Assembly (NCBI GenBank): GCA_002840275.1
Contig: PHAB01000011.1
Span: 25,886-89,885, forward strand
Direction of reading: 5' to 3'
Origin: Firmicutes bacterium HGW-Firmicutes-14
GTDB taxonomy: Bacteria > Bacillota > Thermincolia > Thermincolales > UBA2595
Length of the DNA stretch: 64,000 bases
The notes under the pieces were generated by a model. That model was not told where the DNA came from and ran no database searches. It saw only the letters and a list, made by a program, of their open reading frames with translations. Numbering within the stretch: the first letter of the stretch is position 1; the number at the start of each line of letters is the position of its first letter. A program made the translations under genes and the position numbers. Shown one piece after another: positions 54,103-63,549 of the stretch.

Positions 54103-56757
54103 ATGGAGATTATCGTCAGCCACAATAATACCGATTTGGATGGACTGGCTGCCATGATTGCAGCAAAAAAACTTTATCCCGATGCCGAACTGGTATATTC
54201 GGGGAAGCTGCATAGAAATGTCAGGGAGTTTATGGCGCTGCATAAAGACACCTTTAATTTCAGGCTGGCTAAGGATATTCCCCTGAATGAGGTGAAAACC
54301 CTGATAATGGTGGATACCAAAAGCCCTTCCCGGATTGGAGATGTCCGGAATGTATTTAATAACCCGGGGCTGGAAATCCATATTTATGACCATCACCCCC
54401 GGGCTGTTGACGATGCCAAAGGGGATTATGAAATTGTCGAACAGGTTGGCGCTGCCACAACCATTCTTGTGGAACTGATCAGGAAAAAAAGGCTGCAGGT
54501 AAACTCTTTTGAGGCGACTGTTTTCGCCATGGGCATTTATGAGGACACCGGTTCCCTTACATTTAGTACCACAACTCCAAGAGATGCCCGTTCTGTAGCT
54601 TACCTTTTATCAAAGGGGGCAAAGCTTTCAGTTGTGGCAGATTTTATCGACCGCCCCTTGTCTGACCGTCAGAAAGGACTGCTTAACACCCTGATTGTAT
54701 CTTCAGAAACCCTTGATATAAATGGGATAAAGGTATTGATTTCCAGTGGAAGTATAGATGAATATGTGGGCGGACTGGCCTTGCTGGTCCATAAACTGCT
54801 TGACATTACCAATTCAGATGTGGCTATTGCGGCAGTGCGTATGGATGACCGCATACATGTTGTGGCCAGGAGCCAGGATGATGCAGTAGACGTATCCAAG
54901 ATTGTGTTGGGGTTTAACGGGGGAGGACATTCTACAGCGGCCTCTGCAACGGTTAGGGAAGGCAGTGTGGATGAGATTGTTCTTAGGATTAAAAAACTCC
55001 TCAGGGAAAATGTCAGGCCTGAGACAACTGCAAAAAAGATAATGTCAGCGCCGGTTAAAATTGTGCCTGCAGACACTACTATAGAGGAGGCCGGAAAAAT
55101 ACTGCTCCGGTATGGCCACACAGGACTTCCTGTGGTTGACGGGGAAAAGATGGTGGGCATAATATCCAGGAGAGATATAGACAAGGCTAAACACCACGGG
55201 CTTGGACATGCCCCGGTCAAAGGTTTTATGTCCAGGCGGGTCATAACCATTTCTCCCCAAACTACACTTCCTGAAGTCCAGCATCTGATGATTGACCATA
55301 ATATTGGCAGGCTGCCTGTAATTGACGGCGGAAAAATTGTGGGGATTGTATCAAGGACAGATGTTTTAAGGACCCTTCATGGAGAAAATTATCCGGAAAA
55401 ATATGAGCGGATCTACAACATTACCCAACCGGTCACAGGGAAAAACAGTGATAATGTTACTGAACTTATGGTAAAAAATCTGCCTCCTCATATCAGGGAC
55501 CTTTTGGGACAAGTCAGCTACCTGGCGGACCGGGAAAACTTTTCTGTGTTTGCCGTAGGGGGGTTTGTCAGGGACCTTATCCTGGGAGTGGAAAACCTTG
55601 ATATTGACCTGGTTGTGGAGGGAGACGGCCTGTCTTTTGCCCGCTGCCTGGCCGAATTTCTCTGCGGCCGGGTGAGGATTCATGAAAAATTTGGGACCGC
55701 CATGGTCATCCTGCCGGATAACTTCAGGATAGATGTAGCCACAGCCCGGACCGAGTATTACGAATACCCTGCGGCTCTGCCCAAGGTGGAAGTATCTTCC
55801 CTGAAACAGGATCTTTACCGCCGTGACTTTACCATCAATTCTATGGCCATCACCTTGAGCAGGAAGAATTTCGGCGGGTTGGTGGATTATTTTGGCGGGC
55901 GCCGGGACCTGGAGGAAGGTTCAATAAGAGTTTTGTATAACCTCAGCTTTGTCGAGGATCCCACCAGGATTCTCAGGGCAATCAGGTTTGAACAGAGATA
56001 TGATTTTGAGATAGAGAGCCAGACTCTTTCCCTGGCCAAAAGGGCTATTAAGTCAAAAATGCTTACGAAGCTGTCTGTGGACAGGGTCAGGGAGGAACTA
56101 AAACATATCCTGGGAGAGTCTTCAGCCGTTGGGGCAATTCTACGGATGAAAGAACTGGGTGTATGGCCCTTTATACTGCCTGAGGCCAATATTGAAGAAG
56201 AGACTATGGAAATTATGAGAAGGATACCACCTTCCACTGAATTCATTTTGAACATTGGTCTCCGGGGTATAAACAACTGGATTATTTACCTGGCAGTCCT
56301 GGTCCGGAAAACTGGCTGCCAGGTCGGCCTCATAGATGAGCGCCTAAGACTGACCAAGGATGAACAGAAAAAACTGGGTGAACTTTTATGCAGGTGCCCT
56401 GAAGTGATACAGGGGCTTTCCGGGGTGAAACCTATGAAAATGAGTGAAATTGCCTCTGTCCTCAGGGACATCTCCGGTGAAGGGTATGTATATATCCTTT
56501 CCGATTCTGCTTCTGATGTGGTGAAAGAGCGCCTGAGGAACTATCTTGCCCGTTCAATACACAATAAATTAAACATCAATGGGGATGATATTAAGGAGCT
56601 CGGTTTCGTTCCCGGCCCTCATTTCAAAGAAGTACTGGATGCCTTGGGGGAAGCCAAACTGGACGGGGATGTCAACACCAGGGAAGAAGAAATTAAATTC
56701 GTGAAACAACACCTGAAAAAAATGGGGATCAAGAAAGATACAAAAATTAAGAAATAA
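54103..56757 (+). CDS. DHH/DHHA1 phosphoesterase - tandem CBS - poly(A) polymerase/CCA-adding nucleotidyltransferase fusion protein
   Basis: N-terminus SHNNTDLDGLAAM and DHHP, GGGH (DHHA1), two CBS modules, then GGFVRDLILG...DIDLVVEG head domain. Confidence 0.85.
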   Translation: MEIIVSHNNTDLDGLAAMIAAKKLYPDAELVYSGKLHRNVREFMALHKDTFNFRLAKDIPLNEVKTLIMVDTKSPSRIGDVRNVFNNPGLEIHIYDHHPRAVDDAKGDYEIVEQVGAATTILVELIRKKRLQVNSFEATVFAMGIYEDTGSLTFSTTTPRDARSVAYLLSKGAKLSVVADFIDRPLSDRQKGLLNTLIVSSETLDINGIKVLISSGSIDEYVGGLALLVHKLLDITNSDVAIAAVRMDDRIHVVARSQDDAVDVSKIVLGFNGGGHSTAASATVREGSVDEIVLRIKKLLRENVRPETTAKKIMSAPVKIVPADTTIEEAGKILLRYGHTGLPVVDGEKMVGIISRRDIDKAKHHGLGHAPVKGFMSRRVITISPQTTLPEVQHLMIDHNIGRLPVIDGGKIVGIVSRTDVLRTLHGENYPEKYERIYNITQPVTGKNSDNVTELMVKNLPPHIRDLLGQVSYLADRENFSVFAVGGFVRDLILGVENLDIDLVVEGDGLSFARCLAEFLCGRVRIHEKFGTAMVILPDNFRIDVATARTEYYEYPAALPKVEVSSLKQDLYRRDFTINSMAITLSRKNFGGLVDYFGGRRDLEEGSIRVLYNLSFVEDPTRILRAIRFEQRYDFEIESQTLSLAKRAIKSKMLTKLSVDRVREELKHILGESSAVGAILRMKELGVWPFILPEANIEEETMEIMRRIPPSTEFILNIGLRGINNWIIYLAVLVRKTGCQVGLIDERLRLTKDEQKKLGELLCRCPEVIQGLSGVKPMKMSEIASVLRDISGEGYVYILSDSASDVVKERLRNYLARSIHNKLNINGDDIKELGFVPGPHFKEVLDALGEAKLDGDVNTREEEIKFVKQHLKKMGIKKDTKIKK

Positions 56758-56773
56758 GAAAGGGGCCGGATCT

Positions 56774-57391
56774 TTGCAACCTATAGATGTTGAAGGAATG
56801 TTATATTTAATTCCAGCCATGCTGATTGGCCTGACCTTCCATGAATTTGCCCATGCCTTTGCCGCGTATAAACTGGGTGATCCTACAGCCAAAAACATGG
56901 GCAGGCTGACTGTTAACCCATTAAAACACCTGGATGTGGTGGGCACCCTTTTTTTGCTGGTTTTTAGGTTCGGCTGGGCCAAACCCGTACCTTTTAACCC
57001 ACTTCACTTCAAAGGGGACAGGCAGCGGGGGATTCTGCTGGTTTCCCTGGCCGGCCCTGCTTCAAATTTACTTATTGCGATTGTTACCGCTTTCATATGG
57101 AAATTCACGGTCCCTCAGAGTGATATTATCAACCGTATTATAGGGAACATCTTCTATATAAATGTAATTCTGGCAGTCTTTAATTTTATCCCGGTCCCGC
57201 CCCTGGACGGTTCGAAGATACTGGCCGGAATACTGCCCAGGAAGTATAGTCATATCATGTACAATCTGGAAAAATACGGGTTTTTAATTTTGATTTTATT
57301 ACTGGTGTTCGGCATATTTGACTTAATACTTTGGCCATTGGTTGATTTTGTCAGGTTCATTATTTCCGCTATAGTCGGAATCAGATTGTAA
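56774..57391 (+). CDS. Site-2 protease family (M50) membrane metalloprotease
   Basis: HEFAHAF zinc motif and ...NFIPVPPLDGSKIL. Confidence 0.85.
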   Translation: MQPIDVEGMLYLIPAMLIGLTFHEFAHAFAAYKLGDPTAKNMGRLTVNPLKHLDVVGTLFLLVFRFGWAKPVPFNPLHFKGDRQRGILLVSLAGPASNLLIAIVTAFIWKFTVPQSDIINRIIGNIFYINVILAVFNFIPVPPLDGSKILAGILPRKYSHIMYNLEKYGFLILILLLVFGIFDLILWPLVDFVRFIISAIVGIRL

Positions 57392-57451
57392 CACTAAAAT
57401 GACAATAAAGTATAAAAGAAACAAATGCTGCTATAACAGGAGGGAACAAGA

Positions 57452-58675
57452 ATGACTAAGGGAACTATTTTAAGCGGGATGAGGCCGACAGGCAGGCTTC
57501 ATATAGGACACTTGAGCGTCCTGGAGAACTGGGCCAGGCTGCAGGATGAATATAAATGCTATTTTATGGTTGCCGACCTGCATTCCCTGACTACCAAGTT
57601 TGATGATACCGGAGACCTGCCTGAAGATACCAGGCAAATGGTTCTTGACTTTCTGAGTGTGGGTATTGACCCGGTCAAGAGCGCAGTTTTTGTCCAGTCT
57701 TCGGTCAGGGAACACGCGGAACTTCACTTGTATTTTTCCATGAATATACCACTCTCATGGCTGGAGAGGTGTCCGACATACAAGGACCAGCTGGTCCAGT
57801 TCGAGAAACAGGGTAAGGATATTACCACTTACGGTTTTCTGGGTTACCCCCTCCTGCAAGCCGCCGATATCCTTATCTACCTGGGTGATACCGTGCCTGT
57901 CGGGGAGGACCAGCTGCCTCATATCGAACTGACCAGGGAGATAGCCAGGAGATTCAATTTCCTTTATAAGACAGACCTGTTTCCTGAACCCCAGGCTCTT
58001 CTGGGAAGGTTTCCCATGGTACCCGGAGTGGACGGCAGGAAAATGAGCAAAAGCTATGGTAATGATATTGCCATATCGGCAAGTTCGGATGAAGTCAGAA
58101 AGATGGTCAATGCCATGGTCACAGACCCTGCCAGGATACATAAAGATGACCCTGGCCACCCTGATGTATGTATAGTTCACAAATACCAGGAGATATATAA
58201 TAACCCCCTGCTTGATTATGTCCAAAAAGCCTGCCGCGGAGCGGAACGCGGCTGTGTAGCCTGCAAACAGGAAATTTATGAGGTTGTGGAAGAAATGCTT
58301 AACCCCATCAGGCAGCGCAGGGCACATTTTGAAACCAATTCTTATGATGCACTGCGGGGATACCTGCTTCAACTGAAGGAAGCGGATGCCGCCGGTGAAA
58401 CCGGTGAAACCGTTGAACGGAATGCCGATCCGGTGATTGGGAAGTTCAAACAGTTTACCGGTACCCGCCGGGAAAAGAACTATTTACGGGAGATTGGGCA
58501 GGACATCATTGATGATTATTTACAAGGGACAATTTCAATGAGGGATGTCCTGGATATCCTTGATGCCCGGATGGACCTGGTAAATCTTATCCTTCTGAAG
58601 GGCAGGGACAGGGCTAAGGTCAGGGCTGCCGAGACGACGGCAAAGGTCAGGGAAGTAATGAATCTTAGGTATTAA
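57452..58675 (+). CDS. trpS: Tryptophan--tRNA ligase (Cys4 motif-containing, extended form)
   Basis: GMRPTGRLHIGHL (HIGH) and KMSKS. It has C-x20-C-x6-C-x2-C (DVCIVHK...KACRGAERGCVACK). It is 407 aa against about 330 typical. Confidence 0.95.
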   Translation: MTKGTILSGMRPTGRLHIGHLSVLENWARLQDEYKCYFMVADLHSLTTKFDDTGDLPEDTRQMVLDFLSVGIDPVKSAVFVQSSVREHAELHLYFSMNIPLSWLERCPTYKDQLVQFEKQGKDITTYGFLGYPLLQAADILIYLGDTVPVGEDQLPHIELTREIARRFNFLYKTDLFPEPQALLGRFPMVPGVDGRKMSKSYGNDIAISASSDEVRKMVNAMVTDPARIHKDDPGHPDVCIVHKYQEIYNNPLLDYVQKACRGAERGCVACKQEIYEVVEEMLNPIRQRRAHFETNSYDALRGYLLQLKEADAAGETGETVERNADPVIGKFKQFTGTRREKNYLREIGQDIIDDYLQGTISMRDVLDILDARMDLVNLILLKGRDRAKVRAAETTAKVREVMNLRY

Positions 58676-58696
58676 ATCAGTTGGAGGTGGAATAGC

Positions 58697-59458
58697 TTGG
58701 GTTACCAGATTAAGACAGAGGTTTTTGAGGGACCTTTTGACCTTCTGTTTCACCTCATAGAGAAGAATGAAGTTGACATCTATGATATACCGATAGCCGA
58801 AATAACCCAACAATACCTGGAGTACATTACAGCGATGCAGATGCTTGACCTCGAGGTAACAAGTGAATTCCTTGTCATGGCTGCCAGCCTTTTGGCCATA
58901 AAAGCAAGGATGCTGCTGCCCAAACCCCCGCCGGCCGGGGATGAGGAAACTGAAGAGGAAGTTGACCCCAGGGATGAGCTGGTGGAAAAACTGCTGGAAT
59001 ATAAGAAATTTAAAGCTATGGCAGAATACCTGCAGGAAAAAGAAACTTTCATGAACAAGGTCTATACCAGGCCCAATGAAGAGGAAATGTTTTTCCACCT
59101 GTTCAGTGAGGAAAACCCCCTGGAAGGAATCAGCCTGCCAACCTTGCTGAATGCCCTCCAGGAAGTTCTTGACCGGGCGGCAGAGCGGGAAATTACGGGG
59201 GAAATACCTAGAGATGAAGTTACCATCAGGGATAAGATGAAGGAAATAATGCGCAGGCTGTTTTTCCACAGCCGGGGAATAGCTTTTAAGGATTTGTTCA
59301 CACCCAAGGTGACAAGGGTAGAGGTTATTGTCACATTTCTTGCCCTCCTGGAACTTATCCGGATCGGCAGGATAAATGCATACCAGTCAAAGGCTTTTGG
59401 AGAGATAATGATTTATAGCAGTGAGAAAGAAATTGCCGAAGCATCAACAGAGTTCTAA
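58697..59458 (+). CDS. scpA: Segregation and condensation protein A
   Basis: ...FEGPFDLLFHLIEKNEVDIYDIPIAEIT.QYLEY... Confidence 0.93.
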   Translation: MGYQIKTEVFEGPFDLLFHLIEKNEVDIYDIPIAEITQQYLEYITAMQMLDLEVTSEFLVMAASLLAIKARMLLPKPPPAGDEETEEEVDPRDELVEKLLEYKKFKAMAEYLQEKETFMNKVYTRPNEEEMFFHLFSEENPLEGISLPTLLNALQEVLDRAAEREITGEIPRDEVTIRDKMKEIMRRLFFHSRGIAFKDLFTPKVTRVEVIVTFLALLELIRIGRINAYQSKAFGEIMIYSSEKEIAEASTEF

Positions 59459-59565
59459 TCGTCAGGTGGAGTTTGGACTCCAACTGACGATTAGAAATCG
59501 TTATCCAGGAGCTTAGCGCCGCTTACCTCCCGCCTGAAGAGGCGGGAGTGTTAGCGGCGGTTAGC
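59457..59565 (+). other. Two adjacent long hairpins in the scpA-scpB spacer
   Basis: Hairpin A is AATCGTCAGGTGGAGT-TTGG-ACTCCAACTGACGATT (59457-59492). Hairpin B is GCTTAGCGCCGCTTACCTCCCGCC-TGAAGA-GGCGGGAGTGTTAGCGGCGGTTAGC (59511-59565). Confidence 0.6.
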
Positions 59566-59590
59566 TATCGGACAAAAGGGGGGCTGCTCA

Positions 59591-60166
59591 TTGGGCCTTA
59601 TGTTTTCCCAGGAGACTAAAGCAATTATCGAGTGTCTCTTGTTTGTATCCAGGGAACCGGTGTCACTCAAAACCCTCGGCCAGATTCTTGAAATGCAGGA
59701 GGCTGATGTTAAAGTCCTGATGGAAGAATTATCAGAGGAATACAATTCCGGGCTCCATGGCATTAACATTCAGGTGGTGGCAAACGGGTACCAGATGTCT
59801 ACCAGGCCCGAATTTGCCCAATATATTGAGAAGCTTTATAAACCCCAGAACACTCACGGTCTCTCCAAAGCTGCCCTTGAAACCTTAGCGATAGTTGCCT
59901 GCAAACAGCCGGTAACCAGGGCTGAGATTGAGGCCATCAGGGGAGTAAAGGTGGACAGCGCCATAGGGACACTGGTGGAAAAGAATCTTGTTAAAGAGAT
60001 AGGACGAAAGGAAGGACCGGGGAGACCTATGCTCTTTGGAACAACACCGGGTTTTCTTCGGTATTTTGGGTTGAAAGACCTAAATGACCTGCCTGACCCG
60101 GAAGACTTTGCCCGTCAACACGGACCGGTAGAAGAGACTGACGCCGGGGATGAAAAAGAGATTTAA
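59591..60166 (+). CDS. scpB: Segregation and condensation protein B
   Basis: ...IIECLLFVS.EPVS...L........V...M..L..EY......GI.I......GYQM.TRPE... and LS.AALETLAIVA.KQPVTRAEIE.IRGV. Confidence 0.93.
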   Translation: MGLMFSQETKAIIECLLFVSREPVSLKTLGQILEMQEADVKVLMEELSEEYNSGLHGINIQVVANGYQMSTRPEFAQYIEKLYKPQNTHGLSKAALETLAIVACKQPVTRAEIEAIRGVKVDSAIGTLVEKNLVKEIGRKEGPGRPMLFGTTPGFLRYFGLKDLNDLPDPEDFARQHGPVEETDAGDEKEI

Positions 60167-60170
60167 AATT

Positions 60171-60203
60171 GCTGCTGATGAATTTTCAGCAGCTTTAACT
60201 TTT
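60171..60203 (+). terminator. Possible terminator after scpB
   Basis: GCTGCTGA (60171-60178) pairs with TCAGCAGC (60186-60193), followed by TTTAACTTTT. Confidence 0.55.
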
Positions 60204-60232
60204 CTGAAATTTTACCAGGTCCGGTATAGTTT

Positions 60233-60934
60233 GTGCCCGGAAGAGAGAAAATATGGATAAACAGGGTGTTTAAGGTGATTTCATTGACTACCGGAAGAAT
60301 AATAGCTATCTTATTTTTGCTGTTCCTCATCACCATAATGTTCCTGAGGATACGTTTCGATGTACGTTATAAGAGGAAAGGGGAAGACGATTTATTTGAA
60401 TTGCAGATGACAATGCTGAGGGGACTGGTTAAATTCAAAACAAAAATACCGATGGTTGAGATTGAAAGCAGACTGATAAAACCCATGGTAAAGGTTAAGG
60501 CTGAAGCAGAAGCTGGGATTCCACATCCTGTTACTGGTAAAGGAGCGATAATAAAAATACCCCTTTTAAGAATTTTTAAGGACTTCCCGCATTATCTTAA
60601 AAAGGGTCTGCAATATTTTAACCGTTATAAAACAGTGATTAAAAAAGTGATGAGATCCATCAGATTTCATTATTTCAGCTGGACAACCCAGATAGGTCTC
60701 GGAGACCCGGCTGATACGGGTATAGCAACAGGTGTGGTGTGGGCCCTAAAAGGGTTGTTTTTCCCCATAATAAACAGCAGTTTGGGTTCTATGAAAACAC
60801 CTCCGAAGCTGTTGGTCCAGCCCTGTTTTGACAGCAGGTGCCTGTGGCTTGATTTTCGTTGCATATTTGATATACGAATCGGTCATATTATTATTGCCGG
60901 ACTAAATATCGCCAGAATCCGCTTTATCTCATAG
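60233..60934 (+). CDS. ytfI: DUF2953 / YtfI-like sporulation membrane protein
   Basis: N-terminal TM segment, 233 aa, immediately upstream of the ytfJ/gerW homologue as in Bacillus. Start codon uncertain. Confidence 0.65.
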   Translation: MPGREKIWINRVFKVISLTTGRIIAILFLLFLITIMFLRIRFDVRYKRKGEDDLFELQMTMLRGLVKFKTKIPMVEIESRLIKPMVKVKAEAEAGIPHPVTGKGAIIKIPLLRIFKDFPHYLKKGLQYFNRYKTVIKKVMRSIRFHYFSWTTQIGLGDPADTGIATGVVWALKGLFFPIINSSLGSMKTPPKLLVQPCFDSRCLWLDFRCIFDIRIGHIIIAGLNIARIRFIS

Positions 60935-60955
60935 ACTTTGTAAGGAGGAATACTT

Positions 60956-61402
60956 ATGGCTGACCATCCGATTGAAGGTCTGATGAAGACCGCAATGGAA
61001 AGCATAAAGGAAATGGTTGATGTTAATACAATTGTAGGTGACCCGGTAGAGACTCCTGACGGAAGCGTGATAATACCTGTGTCCAGAGTAGCCGCAGGAT
61101 TTGCTGCAGGTGGCGGTGAGTTTGAAGCCACCGGAGGTGGGCAGCAAGAACAACAGGGTCAGGGAGGCGGACAGCAGGGACAGCAGGGAGGTAATGGCTC
61201 AGCACTGCCCTTCGGCGGAGGCAGTGGAGCAGGGGTTTCTGTTCAGCCGGTAGGTTTTCTGGTGGTAGGGCAGGGACAGATAAGGCTTTTACCGGTTGAC
61301 GGTAATGCCGTTGTGGACAGGATAATTGATGTCGCACCGAACCTTTTATCACAGATGCAGAATATGTTTAAAAGAGAAAGGAAGCAGCCGGAATGCCATT
61401 AA
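60956..61402 (+). CDS. ytfJ: GerW/YtfJ family sporulation protein
   Basis: ...HPIEGLMKTAMESIKEMVDVNTIVGDPVETPDGSVIIPVSRV..GF.AGGGEF... and ...GGGSGAGVSV.PV.FLVV. Confidence 0.85.
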   Translation: MADHPIEGLMKTAMESIKEMVDVNTIVGDPVETPDGSVIIPVSRVAAGFAAGGGEFEATGGGQQEQQGQGGGQQGQQGGNGSALPFGGGSGAGVSVQPVGFLVVGQGQIRLLPVDGNAVVDRIIDVAPNLLSQMQNMFKRERKQPECH

Positions 61403-61415
61403 ACCGGCTGTTTTT
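61385..61415 (+). terminator. Rho-independent terminator overlapping the ytfJ stop
   Basis: CAGCCGG (61385-61391) pairs with CCGGCTG (61404-61410), followed by T5. Confidence 0.65.
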
Positions 61416-61583
61416 AGTTGTGCGTACAATTTAATACCTCTTCGGCAATGTTAACCTATTTCCCAAACAGGTCAACGTTCCGGATAGGACGCTGGTTCAT
61501 TAAAACTAAATTAACTGCCGGTGCATATAATAATTAAGAGCTTGAAAAATGAAGAATACATCCGCATGAAGAAAGGGAGGTAG

Positions 61584-62861
61584 ATGATGAGGATAGTGGT
61601 TGTTGGCGGAGGGTGGGCAGGGTGTGCCGCAGCATATTCGGCTGTGTCTGCCGGAGCGGATGTTATCCTGATAGAAAAGACCGACCTGCTTCTGGGTACC
61701 GGGCTTGTTGGAGGAATTGTCCGAAACAATGGGCGTTATACTGCTGCTGAAGAAGCCATAGCGTTGGGAGCAGGGGATATGTTCAGGGTTATAGAATCGA
61801 CAGTGAGGCATAGAAATATTAATTTTCCGGGACACAGTCATGCTGCCCTTTATGATGTGCAGCGTATAGAATCTGCGGTAAGAAATGCGCTAGTGGCTGC
61901 GGGAGTAAAGGTACTGTTTCCTGCCCTGGTTAACCGGGTCACAGTCGGGGACGGGTTTGTTGAGGAAGTAATCACCGAAAAAGGTGAAACGGTAAAAGGT
62001 GATGTGTTTATTGATACTACCGGGACAGCAGGACCTATGAAGCACTGTATCAGGTACGGGACAGGCTGTGCAATGTGTATCCTCAGGTGTCCTTCCTTTG
62101 GTCCCCGCACCAGTTTAACCGGGATGGCAGGAATTATTGAAATAACAGCCGGGGAAGGCAGTCACCATTTTGAAGCGATGAGCGGGTCATGTAAAATTGA
62201 CAAAAGGTCCCTGAAGAGGTCATTGGTCAAAGAGCTTGACCAAAAGGGAGTGTTGATAATTCCACTTCCGGAAAAATTTCATAAGACCGGTTCACTCCGG
62301 CAAAAAGCCTGCCAGCAGTATGCCATGGAAGAGTATGCAACAAACCTTATAATCCTCGACACAGGGCATGCCAAACTAATGACACCGTTTTTCCCCATTG
62401 AGAACCTGAGAGTGATTGAAGGCTTCCGGGAAGCCCGTTATGCTGACCCTTATTCGGGCGGGCAGGGCAATTCTGTGCGGTTTATGGCTATGGCGCCCTG
62501 TGATGACACACTTCAGGTCAGGGGGATCAAAAACCTCTTTTGTGCCGGAGAAAAAACCGGACCCCTGGTCGGTCATACAGAGGCAATAATAACAGGGGTC
62601 CTGGCGGGGGATAATGCCGTTAGGCTGGCCAGGGGGATGAAACCCCGGATCCTGCCCCCTGAACTGGCTGCCGGAGACATTATTTCATTTATGCACAGGC
62701 AGATGAAAACTGAAGAAGGCCTGAAACAAAAATTCACCTATTCAGGTTCAGTATATTTTGAACGGATGGAAGCAAAAGGGCTGTATACAACTGATGCGAA
62801 AAAAATCCGCGAAAAAGTCAAAAAGCTGGGACTGACCGGATTTTTTGAACTTCACCGCTAG
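61584..62861 (+). CDS. FAD-dependent oxidoreductase (GidA/TrmFO-like N-terminus, Cys cluster)
   Basis: MMRIVVVGGGWAGCAAAYSA dinucleotide fold and CAMCILRCPSFG Cys motif. 425 aa. Confidence 0.7.
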   Translation: MMRIVVVGGGWAGCAAAYSAVSAGADVILIEKTDLLLGTGLVGGIVRNNGRYTAAEEAIALGAGDMFRVIESTVRHRNINFPGHSHAALYDVQRIESAVRNALVAAGVKVLFPALVNRVTVGDGFVEEVITEKGETVKGDVFIDTTGTAGPMKHCIRYGTGCAMCILRCPSFGPRTSLTGMAGIIEITAGEGSHHFEAMSGSCKIDKRSLKRSLVKELDQKGVLIIPLPEKFHKTGSLRQKACQQYAMEEYATNLIILDTGHAKLMTPFFPIENLRVIEGFREARYADPYSGGQGNSVRFMAMAPCDDTLQVRGIKNLFCAGEKTGPLVGHTEAIITGVLAGDNAVRLARGMKPRILPPELAAGDIISFMHRQMKTEEGLKQKFTYSGSVYFERMEAKGLYTTDAKKIREKVKKLGLTGFFELHR

Positions 62862-62943
62862 GTGGGGTTCTATTTATTCCCCTGTTTTCATAGTTATCAA
62901 TATGATTGGGGTATGTCTTATCATATGACGACGGGGGAAAACC

Positions 62944-63543
62944 ATGGTCAATTTAATCTGGGTTTGCATGCTGTTGATGGGGATAATAGTGGCGGCAGTA
63001 AACGGCAATATCGATGCGGTTACGACCGCTGCCCTTCAGGGGGCCCAGTGGGCTGTTGATTTTGCTCTCGGCCTTGTCGCGATAATGACTTTCTGGCTGG
63101 GAATTATGAAGGTTGCAGAGGAGGCCGGGATGGTAAGGCTTCTGGCAAGATTGGTAAGACCTTTGATGACCTTCCTTTTTCCCAGCATCCCGCGAAACCA
63201 CCCCTCCATGGGAGCAATAATCATGAACCTCTGTGCCAATGTACTGGGTTTGGGTAATGCGGCAACTCCCATGGGACTTATCGCTATGAAAGAACTGCAG
63301 AAGCTTAACAGGGGTGATCCCAAGACGGCCAGTGAGGCCATGTGCACCTTTTTAGCCCTCAATACATCATGTATAACTATAATTCCCGCGACAATTATCG
63401 GAATCAGGATAAAGGCCGGGTCTGTCAATCCTACAGAGATAGTCGGAACAACCATTTTTGCCACCGCCTGTTCTATGATAGTGGCGGTAATTGTGGACAG
63501 GATACTCCGGGGGATTTACAGGTCACACAGATGGAGGTGGTGA
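62944..63543 (+). CDS. spmA: Spore maturation protein A (nucleoside-recognition domain)
   Basis: MVNLIWVCMLLMGIIVAAVNGNI.AVT.A......AV...LGL...M..WLG.MK.AE..G... is a typical SpmA. Confidence 0.88.
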   Translation: MVNLIWVCMLLMGIIVAAVNGNIDAVTTAALQGAQWAVDFALGLVAIMTFWLGIMKVAEEAGMVRLLARLVRPLMTFLFPSIPRNHPSMGAIIMNLCANVLGLGNAATPMGLIAMKELQKLNRGDPKTASEAMCTFLALNTSCITIIPATIIGIRIKAGSVNPTEIVGTTIFATACSMIVAVIVDRILRGIYRSHRWRW

Positions 63544-63549
63544 CCGGAG

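Noticed and set aside
53992-54396. 134-aa minus-strand ORF downstream of spo0A
   Set aside because: It overlaps the 5' end of the DHH-CBS-nucleotidyltransferase gene, whose DHH motifs are unambiguous.
57392-57451. T-box riboswitch upstream of trpS
   Set aside because: The spacer is only 60 nt with no specifier-loop or T-box sequence. That is too short for a T-box leader.
58535-59269. 244-aa antisense ORF across the trpS end and scpA
   Set aside because: It overlaps two strongly supported + strand genes, and no recognisable domain is present.
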